DNA from: Dimorphilus gyrociliatus
Taxonomy: Eukaryota > Animalia > Annelida
Reading direction: 5' to 3'
DNA length: 64,000 nucleotides
Assembly: GCA_904063045.1 (NCBI GenBank)
Contig: CAJFCJ010000004.1
Span: forward strand, 1,853,713 to 1,917,712
Below are positions 53,189 to 64,000 of the stretch, one piece after another. Under the pieces are notes generated by a model that was given only the letters and a program-made list of their open reading frames with translations, was not told the origin of the DNA and searched no databases. How positions within the stretch are numbered: the stretch's first letter is position 1; each line of letters starts with the position of its first letter. The position numbers and the translations under genes were made by a program.

Positions 53189-56100
53189 ATGGCTCATCAA
53201 ATACACTTGGTCTTTCTTCTAATTTTTGTAATTTTATTCAAACTTCTACAAGTATCTTCGGCTAGATGTTTGTATTTTCAATATTTTCTAAATGCGTATG
53301 TAATAAAAATGATATAATTTCTATCATCAGCAAATGGAGAAATAAAAAAGTTTGTTATTAATAGACATGAGCTTAATAGAAAAATTCTTTTCGAATATAC
53401 AAGATCGAAGGAATCAGTATGTTTCTTCAATTGATATAAACAATAATCTTTCATTGTGTTATTTCTTTTAAGGACAACTGTAGGCAATTATGGGAGATTC
53501 TTTATACAGCTCGTTTCGAACCTGGAACTCCTGCAATACCCCTCACATTTGAAGAAGTATCAAAGAATTTGTGCAGAGCATTTCACTTGTATAACAATAG
53601 TTTAACCGATAAAAAATACGTTATTTTCAACATTTCATCAACTGTTTCGAGAAGGCTAGTGATGCGTAAGATTATATCAAAGTATATTGATTTACAGTTG
53701 TTTTTTATAAATACATACTCTAAACAATAGCTTGTCCATTGGATAAATATGGTGAAAATTGTGAAAAGAGTTGCCATTGCTCTAACAACGTTTGTGATGA
53801 TAAGAAAATTGGAATATCGTTAAATAATACTTGTAAATTATGTAAAGAAGGATATTTTTGGCCAAAAACCGATAGGAAAATCGACAGAATATGCTTTATG
53901 GGTTCAATATTAATTCATATTTCTAAGAATTAAATATACATATACATATATACAGTATATAGATATATATATACTAAAATATTTGAACTCTACAGCTGAA
54001 AGTAAAGAACCAAATGTCTACCTACATCCATTTTTTGAAGATGAAAATAAATTTATTTCTTGCGAATTGTTTTCAAAACCAGTTGCTAATCCCGATGATA
54101 TCAGTCTTCGTTTAAGTAAAACTATCACAATTGAAAGATACAGTATTAATAAATATATAGAAGATAATATATTGATTGTGAAATATGAATTAAAGGAAAA
54201 TTTTACAAATATCAATACATTAAATGCTTCATGCGTATTTGATTCTCGTATATTTAATACAACAAAAGTTACTACTAAACTACTTGAAATTCATCATGAA
54301 AAATACTGTAGTAAGTTGATTATAGATCTGTCTATTTATTCTTTTAAATGATTTAGCAAATGCATTCTTTCTATTATTAAAAAGGGAAAACAAAACCACA
54401 AATTTCATTGTTTCGAGGAGAATATTTAGTTGTATTGATTGAATGGAAATATAATATAGACGATTTCAAATGTGTAAATCTATCAAAAATGAACTTAAGC
54501 TTAACTCTATTAAATACTGAAGAGGAAAATGGAATTATATATAATTATTCATTATTCTTACAAAGTCGAAGATATAAATTCGTATTGCCGGGAAATGGAA
54601 GTTATGAACTCACTTTTAAATATTTATATCCAGATTCAATTTTAAATGATCTATCAAGAAATCATTCAACAATTACTGTTTATAGAACAAAACAAGTTGT
54701 TAAATATATAAGAAACGTTCTTGCAACAACGGCATCTGGTTTATTATCTTTGTTATTACTAGTTATTTTAGCTGGTATATTAATACACAGATATAGACAG
54801 AAAAGATACGAGAAGATAGAGGCATATAACTATTTAATTTTCTCTTCGCAGAAGAAAGCTTTGAGAGTTGGTTCTGTTAAACCTCAGAAATTTGAATATC
54901 TAAAGGATCTACGCAATACTTGGAATGATCCAGGTATATTATATATGTAGAATAGTAGAAAACGAATATTAACGGTTGTTCATGTAAACTCTTTTGGCAG
55001 TTCAAGAGACATTTCCAATCAAATTAAAACATTTAGCAGAACATGTAAATTTCTTGGAAGATAACCGAAATTTCGCCAATGAGTATAATGTAATTATAAG
55101 TTGATATACTGTATATCTATTATGTATATATCTCATTATTTCTGTCAAGAGTATTGTAAAGGAGACAAACAAATCTATGAATATTGGTACTCGCCGAGAG
55201 AATACTGTAAAAAATAGGTACAGAAACATTCTACCTTGTACGTATTACTCTCTCAGTATCAAGATTATTTAATCTACAAGATAGCATCTAATTATAATTT
55301 GTTTCACAATCGTTCAAGATGATTCAAACCGCGTTGTTTTAACTGAAAAGCTTGGAGATGAACATTCAGACTATATTAATGCTAGTTATGTTGATGTAAG
55401 TAGGCTTTGTTTAGTGTTACTGTTGATAATTTCATACTTTTTATACCGAACAAAAAGGGTTTCGAAATGGAAAGAGAGTTTATAGCTGCTCAGGGACCTA
55501 CTAAAGCTACTATTAATGATTTTTGGAGAATGATTTGGGAATGTAATACTAGAATTATTGTTGTTTTAACGAGATTATTAGAGAATGGAATGAGGGTAAA
55601 TTAGAAGAATTTTATTAATTACTTATTTTAATTGACATAAATAAGTTAGAAATGTGATAAATACTGGCCTGAAGATAGTCAAGATGAATTTGACGAGATA
55701 ACAGTTAAACATAGTAGTACTACTCATCTAGCCAATTACCTAGTTAGAACCTTCGAATTGAAATTTAGAGAGGAAAAGAAAAATGTTGAACAGTACCATT
55801 ACGTTTCCTGGCCTGATCACGGAGTGCCTAGGAATCCCGCAGTTCTGTTAGATTTTTGGAGGAAAGTTAAACAACGATATTCCAGAATGTGTATTGTATC
55901 ACCAATCCTAGTACATTGCAGGTAATAATAATAATAATAATAATACTATATTGTAGTAATGATTACTAAGGATTTTACGTATAGTCTATATTTTTCTTTT
56001 TAATCAGTGCCGGAGTGGGTAGAACCGGAACTTTTATGTCGCTAGACTATCTAATAAATCAAGCGAATAGAGACGATGAGGTTGATGTGAAAGGTTGCGT

Positions 56101-57664
56101 AAAATTGTTAAGGGAACAAAGGATATATTCAGTTCAAACACTAGTTAATTGTTTAATTTAGTTAAGTTTTATTAATTTTATAGAATGTTTTCAACATTTA
56201 TAGGATCAATATATATTCTTATATTATACTCTATACGAATATACTTTATATGGAGAAACTACAACAACTTGTCAAGCATTTCACAAGAAATTCAAACTAA
56301 ATTCGGATAATTATTCAACAATTTGTAAAGAATTTAAAGTATTTAATCAATTATTATTATTTTATAATAAATTATATACGAAATATTATATACTATTTAC
56401 ATTCTATAGTTTCTTAAACAACATGTTAAGGAGATAGATATAATAAACGAATGTAAAGTTGCTATGCACGCCTCCAATATTGAGAAAAATAGTATTGTAC
56501 CAAGTTAGTATATACAATTTCAAATGATGTATAACATTGTCTATATACACTGTATATATTTAAATTGTTAGTATATTACATGATCTATATCTTAAACTCT
56601 TTTAATCCTCAGGAGACGATGAAAGATTTCGTTTAAAAAGTCTTGTAATGGAAAAAGGAGATTATGTAAATGCTGTCCTAGTTTCAGTACGAATATTCTA
56701 AATTACTTTATTTATTCAAAATATCCTCCAGTCACTAATCAACTTAAAATTCCTCTCTTCTTAAAAAACAAAATAGAGTTATCTTCGTGAAATTGGTTAT
56801 GTACTTACTCTGGCACCATTCGATTCAATATTAATAGATTTCGTTCGACTTTTATGGGATACAGACATAACTTGTATTGTAAAATGTTATAGTGAAAATA
56901 TAAATGTAATTAATTAATTAATTAAATTAATTAAACTATTTTAAAGATTTACTATTTAAATATTTAAAATAGGAAGAAGCTAACCCATGGGATAATTTAG
57001 AGTTAATTGAACCATTCACTTCAAGATTAATTGGGGAAAAAGTTCAAAATAACATAAAAATAACAGATTTTTCTGTAGAATGGAATGACAAGGTAAAATA
57101 GACTATTTATATAAATAAAAGAATAATAATAATGATAAAACGATAAATTAAAAATAAAGAAAAAATGTTTCCGTCAAATTCAATTTGACAATTGGAAATC
57201 AGATGTTAACGTTCCAAGTGTTGAACAAATGGTTACCGTTAGATTGTGTATGAGAAAATTACAACGGAAAACAAGAGAAAGTGCAGCATTAGTGTGTTGT
57301 CCGTAAGTTTTCGTATTAAATATATATTTAATCTATTTTATTAATACCTATTTATGTTATTTCTATCGTTTTTAAACTATGTAGAAATGGAGCAAATAGA
57401 AGTGGAACATTCTGTATTCTAAATACAATACTCGAAAGATTAGATCTGGATAGAGAAGTAGATATATTTCAAGCTTGTCGTACTGTTGCTGAAATAAGAC
57501 CTCAAATATTAAAAGACAAGGTTGTTTTCTCTTGTTCAGATATACATGTTATCTTATAATAATTATTCTTTAATTATTTCCCAAAATAGACCCATTATAT
57601 GGATCTCTACAATTTTACCAATCAATATTTGGAAGCATATAGTAGTTATGCTAACTATAAATAA
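53189..57664 (+). CDS. Receptor protein tyrosine phosphatase, copy 1 (EGF-like, Ig/FN3-like, TM, D1, D2)
   Basis: CPLDKYGENCEKSCHC; TM; KNRYRNILP, YINASYV, AAQGP, WPDHGVP, VHC|SAGVGRTG; D2 with CPNGANRS but no WPD; ends YANYK*. Start codon assignment tentative. Confidence 0.85.
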
Positions 57665-58165
57665 ACGTTTCTTCTCTTGAAGTAAAAGATATCTTGAAGA
57701 TGGTTACAGCTATTGTCATTTAGAGGACGCTTTGGTCTTTATACTAATTCTTTGTATTATAGTGTATACTATAGCTAGTATTGTTCGTATATAATTGACT
57801 AAACAAAGAATAGGATGATAAATTTAGCTACTCCTTTTTCTTTATCATTTCTGTTTTTGTTCTTTGGTTTCTATAAATATAAAAAAAGAGACTTTTTTAT
57901 GCTTCGCATTGTCTATCGGAAGATAAAAGAGAACAATTTTCTTTATTAATAAATCTTATATCAATAATTTTAGTTAATTATTTTGGAAATAAACGGCAAA
58001 AATTAACTATAAAATCATCTATAGGCTTATTTTGTGTCAAATAAATTAATTCTGTACCAATATAGATAGGACAGAGCAATTAACTGAGCCAATTATATCC
58101 GCTTATTCGTTAAACGATGTATAGATTACCAACAACAGAATCGAATAGTATATTATTAAAAAAGG

Positions 58166-61100
58166 ATGCTACGAAAAGACTTTATCAACTATTCACCGAG
58201 TAATTTTCTTCTCTTCTTCATCATACTACTAAATTATTTGATCACTGCACAAGAGATACTTGATTTTAGTTCAGTTTTAAATTGATTCAATACGAAAATA
58301 CGTGTTTATTCTATTTTTGTCTATAAACAGCACAGATAAAATACCAAAAAAATTCCTTGGAGATATTAAGAGAAATAGATGGAAGGATAGCTCGCTTTAA
58401 GTTTTCTACCTTTCCAAAATTTATAAAGAATCAAGTTATTATTTTATCATTTAATTCATATGTTTTATTAAGTATTTACTTTTATATTATGTTATTTATA
58501 AATGTGTTATACATCTATTTAAGAAATACACCGGAAGCGCTTGTTCCTTACTCGCTGTCAATAAAGATGGTGAGAAAACAATCATCTCAGGGAGCTCTGG
58601 TGGAGTGAAACCTATTGAAAACAGAGATGACTGGTATTATCTGTATGAAAAATTACCGAAAGAAAAAACTTTTACTACACTACAATCATTCACATCGATT
58701 AAAAACAGGGTTTTGGATGAAATTGACATTCGTATATAGCTTTCATTTCTTTAGTTTAATACGAATGAATGAAATTCATATTTCTTAATTAAATTTTCTC
58801 TCTCTCTCTCGCTCTTATATTTGTTTTTCTTTCCAGCTTGTCCATTCGATAAATTTGGAGAAAACTGCGAATTCTCATGCAATTGTCTAGAAAATATCTG
58901 TAACAATACATTGATTGGCATTGATGAAGGGCTGGAATGCTCTAATTGTCGCAATGGTTTCTACTGGAAAGATAGTTATCGTAAAAGCGAACATCGAATA
59001 TGTAACAGAGGTATAGGCAATACTTTTTTGTTGCTATTATAGCAAAATAATCAAACATCATAAATTAGCTGAATATGATCACATGAACATCACACTCGAT
59101 CCATTTTTTAAGAATGAGCGACCAATTATAAGGTGTTCCGTCCTAACAAGACCAATATTGAATAAAAATGAAATATTTGCCTTCACCAATGACACTATTA
59201 AATTAATTAGAAAGAATTCATTTGTAAGCTCTACCAGTGGATTAATTGTTTCTTTTGAGTATCCGTCGATGTTAAGTCCTAATGAGGAGAGTTTGCGCGT
59301 AGCTTGTCAAATTAACTCTACAAAAAGTGATATAATAGAAAAAGAAGAAGAATTCTTTACGAAAATTAGAGAAAAACAATGCGGTACGTATCTTCTCCAA
59401 AGAGAAAAACACATAAGCCTACTATATAAACATGTTTTTTTTCCTTCATAATCATTATTTAGTTAGAAATAAGCCAAACGCACTACCTTGGACTTTTCAA
59501 AGTACAGTTAAAGTAGAGTGGACATTTAATAGCGATGATTTTGTATGCATTGATTTGAAAAACGTCTTTTTACACGTTATTATTCAATATACAAAAAATT
59601 CTGTTGAAGAATTAATGAATTTGGAATATTCAATACCAATTATAAAGAAATCAATTGAAATAAAACTAAATCAAAGTGGAACTCCAACGAAAATGTTGGC
59701 TTATTATATATATCCTAAACCTTTAAAAAATCATCCAACTGATGAATATACGACAGTAAAAGTAATTAGTAAGTTGTTAATAAACAGTATTTAAAGAATG
59801 ATTCCAGGTTCTTTTCTCTCGAATCAGAAATTCCAAATGGTGAAAAAGTTAAAATTATTATTGGCGCTGCCGTCTCCGGCAATTTGTTACTTTTACTAAT
59901 TGTCTTAATTGTAACCGTTCTATATTTGAGAAGATCGAAGAAAAGAAAGTATAATAAATACTTAGTTAAAGAATTTATGGAATACGAAAATTTTTCAAGA
60001 TCTGCCAGATACGAATCTAATAGATCTGTTAAGTTGAACAGTTCATTATTAAGGAAAAAAGAGGGTATTAAATACCTGATGGATTATTCTATTTTTATCT
60101 TCTGCCTTTTTGTTTTTTACAGAAGATATCGATTTTTCCAAACTGGGTAATGGTGAACCTATTAAACTAAAGGATATAAGTAAACTTATAAACCTCCTGG
60201 AAATGGCAAATGGAAGAGGATTTAGACAGGAATATAATGTAATCAACACCTTCGTTGTTCTTTCGTATTTATTTATGTATATACATGTTATTTTCAATTT
60301 CAATTTACTCAAAGTCAACTCCATGCTTATCATAATTTTTTTTGAATATCACATCGCAGAGTATCTTGAATACTCCGCTTTCTTCCATGTCTGCTGGACA
60401 AGAGTTGAAGAATTGTAAAAAAAATAGATATACTAATGTTATCCCCTGTTAGTTAATTGTGTTTAATTAATGGATTATTGTAATTGAACTAATGAAATTT
60501 ACTAGATGATCATAATCGTGTAATTTTAAACGATATGCCTGAGGTAGAAAATTCAAATTATATAAATGCCAGCTATATTAAGGTGACATTTTCTATTTAA
60601 TCAAGTACTTATGCTAAGATCTTCTCACTTTTTTCACAGGGATATGAAAGGGATAGAAAATTTATTGCATGCCAAGGTCCTCTTAGGAATACGCTTCAAG
60701 ATTTTTGGAGAATGGTCTGGCAAGAAGATGTTAAAATAATTGTTATGCTTTGTAGATTGTACGAAAATAAAATGAGGGTTGGTTTCCTTCTTTAGATATA
60801 AAGAATAAAAGGGAAAGCTTATAATTTATTCTTAATTAGAAATGCGAAAAATATTGGCGGGAGGATAGTCATCAATGGTACGGAGAACTTTCCGTTTCGC
60901 ATAGTGGAACAACAAAACTAGCTAATTATTTTGTGAGAACATTTAAAATAACGAAAGGAAACGCAGTTAGAAACGTAGAACAGTATCACTACGATTCTTG
61001 GCCTGATCATGGCGTACCAAGTAATCCTACAGCATTTATGGACTTTTGGAATAAAATCAAGTTAAGACTTAGCTCAACTAATTCAATTAGCCCAGTTCTC

Positions 61101-63015
61101 GTTCATTGTAGGTAAATATAAAAATTCTTATATTTTCACTACAAGATTAGGATAGGTTAAAATCTTGAATATTTAATAGTCTTTATTCTTTAACTATATT
61201 GAAAAGAAAGAATTCCCCGCAGAAATTAAACATTAACAAAAAAGAAAAACTGAATTAACCTTATTAATTTCAATTAATTATAAAATATCTTTGAACCAGC
61301 GCTGGTGTCGGCAGAACTGGAACTTTTATAGCTCTGGATAATTTAGTTCACGAATCGCTGGCTACAAGAACAGTTTCGATCAAAAAATGCGTAGAGAATT
61401 TAAGAAATGACAGAGTTTTAATGGTGCAAACACCAGTTTGTAAAAAAAAGATGTTTATACTAATTAATAATTAATTTTTATTTAAACGAAAATAAACAGG
61501 ATCAGTATATTTTCGTTTATTATACACTATTTGAATTGAGTCTTTATGGAACAACAACAGTTTCCTGTAAAGAATTTGATAAAAAATTTTTAGCTGCCAA
61601 TCTAAAAAATTCGGCTATCTTCAAAGAATACGATGTAAATAATAATTTTATTCATTTATTCATATATTGACAAATTTTTTTCGTATTAAAAAGTTCCTTA
61701 GTAAACGTATTCCTCAAATCGATATGATAAAAGAATGTAAAGTGGCAATGCACACACATTGTGGGGATGTAAACGAAATATTACCAAGTACTGTAAAAAT
61801 ATTGCTTCTATTTATATCGCTGTTATTACAATTATTGTTAAAATAATAATATAAACACTTTCAATAGGAGATAGTGAGAGGATCGTGTTAAAATCCTTGG
61901 TAGAAGAAAGGGGAGATTATATAAATGCTATACCTGTCCCGGTAAGAAGAAATAATACCAGAAAACGCATAATTTTTGTTGATTCTTTAATTAATTATTG
62001 TATTAAATGTTTATAATTGAAATAAGTAATTTATAGTTGAAATAAGGAAATTTCATTGCAGAGTTACAGCTTAAAACTTGGCTATATATTAACAATTGCA
62101 CCGAGAGAGGAGACTGTATTGGATTTTATCAGATTGATATGGGATCAAAATGTTACATGTATAGTTAAATGCCATAATGAAACTATTGAAGTTAGATGAT
62201 AAAAAAAACAATAACAATACTCTCTGTTCTATTTATTTCACTTTTTCTTTTTTGAACGAAAAAAACAGTCTGAAGTTGAGATTTGGTCGAATTTATCGTT
62301 AGTTGAACCATTTATTGTTAAAATAAAACGTGAAAAGGTAGTTGACAAATTACTGATAAGAGATTTAGAAGTTTCATGGTCTGATATGGTTAGTATTTTA
62401 TTTTTTTTTATATAAAAACTATTATATGATTATTAATAGCAATAATCCTCCTAAACTAATAGGTTAGACAGGTGAGACATGTACAATTTTTATGTTGGAA
62501 TAAAGATGCAACTACACCTGGACTGGATGATCTTACAAATGTGACAAAAGAAGTAAAAATATTTCAACAGGGTTTATATGAAAGTAGAGTGGTTGTTTAT
62601 TGTTCGTAAGTAATCTTCACAAATAATGAAAAGAACTTGTAGGTCGAGTCGGGCAATAAAGCTACAATTTTTTGTTATAGTGACGGCGTCAAAAGAAGTG
62701 CTACTTTTTGTATACTAAACGCAGTATTAGAAAGAATCGACCTTGACAGAGAGGTTAATATCTTTCAAGCTTCTCGTCAAGTAGCTGAGTTAAGACCACA
62801 GGTTATCTCAACCTTAGTAAGTAGTATACTGTGTAGAGAAAATGTTGCTTGTTATTCATTACTAACAATCAATATAACATATATACTATACATACTGTAT
62901 ATACACTTGTATATGTAATCTTTCTATAATTTATTTGAAGGAAAGCTACAAGGATCTTTATAAGTTGATTTCTAAGTATCTACAAGCTCACAGTGATTAT
63001 GCTAATTATGAATAG
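58166..63015 (+). CDS. Receptor protein tyrosine phosphatase, copy 2
   Basis: Signal peptide; CPFDKFGENCEFSCNC; TM; KNRYTNVIP, IACQGP, WPDHGVP, VHC|SAGVGRTG, MVQT; D2 CSDGVKRS; ends YANYE*. Intron positions shared with copy 1. Confidence 0.85.
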
Positions 63016-63536
63016 ACTTTCATGTGAACGCCCTATATCATATATTCATTCTCTTCGCTATTTACCTATACATCTATTTATTAGTCTCTTATTTCTATTC
63101 TTACGCTTTCTTACATATTAGCTGTCTTTATCTCTTTTATGAAAAGAGAAATATAGGCAAATTAGCGTTAATAATAAAAACAATACATTAATAACGTTTA
63201 ATGAGAATAAATGGGTCCGTATCGAAATAAAGCTATTTTGCAAAGTTTATCTATACTGTATATAAACCGTCTATGTACAGTATATACACTCTATGTGTAT
63301 ATTAGAATACATATACACCTTAGTAAAATAGTATTTAAAAGATTTTTATTCATTATTTCCAGGTAATTTTTATACTTTTGTACAACGAGATATAACTATT
63401 TTATTCGTAATCATCATGATACGACGAAAATAAAGGTGGCGCTAAATCTTTTAATATGCTATTTATATCATTAAAAAACTCCAGTTAAAGGCCAATTTTA
63501 TTATCGTCGAGGTTCACTTTCAAGAGTATTTTCGAA

Positions 63537-64000
63537 ATGAGTGGATCTAAGGAAAAATGCAATGATCGCAATGGTAACTCCAATGGAAATGGTTAGTTGT
63601 TTATGAAATAATTGGTTTCCTTTCACTCAAGATTATATACATGTTTTAAGCATGCTGTCGGGGTCCAGGATTTGAGACACCTTTGGACGCTATGAAGGGT
63701 CCTAGAGAAAAATTGATATACCTTCCATGTATATCAACAGATAGTGAAAAAGCAGACTATTTGGCAACTGTGAACGTTGATCCCGAATCAAAAGATTACT
63801 CTAAGGTTAACAATTTTCTTAGAATTTTCTTTATTCATAGTTTTTTGTATACTGTCGCCACAATAGGTTATACATAGGCTTAAGATGAGCAATTTGGGAG
63901 ATGAGCTTCATCATTCCGGATGGAATGCTTGCTCTAGCTGTTATAACGACAGTTCCAAGTCTCGTTCAAAACTAATTCTACCTGCACTCGGTTCATCTAG
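63537..64000 (+). CDS. SELENBP1: Selenium-binding protein 1 / methanethiol oxidase, 5' part (runs off the window)
   Basis: [26 protein letters not shown]...[16 protein letters not shown]|VIHRL...[14 protein letters not shown]. Confidence 0.93.

Overview
AT-rich, gene-dense eukaryotic (invertebrate animal) DNA with very short GT-AG introns, mostly about 45-70 nt. The gene repertoire looks spiralian-like; a miniaturised annelid such as Dimorphilus would fit, but this is inference and cannot be confirmed from the window. There is no CRISPR array or prokaryotic operon. In order: 5' part of an AAK1/BMP2K kinase, QSOX, a GALNT, a bacterial-type DUF885 metallopeptidase-like gene, a FUBP/KHSRP gene (hosting a SNORD10/mgU6-77-like C/D snoRNA and a candidate H/ACA RNA) head-to-head with SART3, a soluble proprotein convertase, a three-copy VPS4 array, an intronless bacterial-like MerB (alkylmercury lyase family) gene, RPL36A, a BTBD17-like gene, an unannotated 118-aa single-pass membrane protein, tRNA-Cys(GCA), a calpain-5-like protease, a peptide GPCR, a C-type-lectin/mucin/sushi receptor with an intronic Tc1-type MITE, an ER-type 2OG-Fe(II) oxygenase, a METTL24-like array (two genes plus a pseudogene), a mariner fossil, two tandem receptor tyrosine phosphatases, and the start of SELENBP1. 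The two most striking signals are (i) two intact but catalytically degenerate VPS4 paralogues beside the canonical gene, which resemble natural dominant-negative ESCRT regulators, and (ii) a probable horizontally acquired MerB-like gene with a CxxC active-site variant. Exon boundaries were read by hand and may be off by a few bases.
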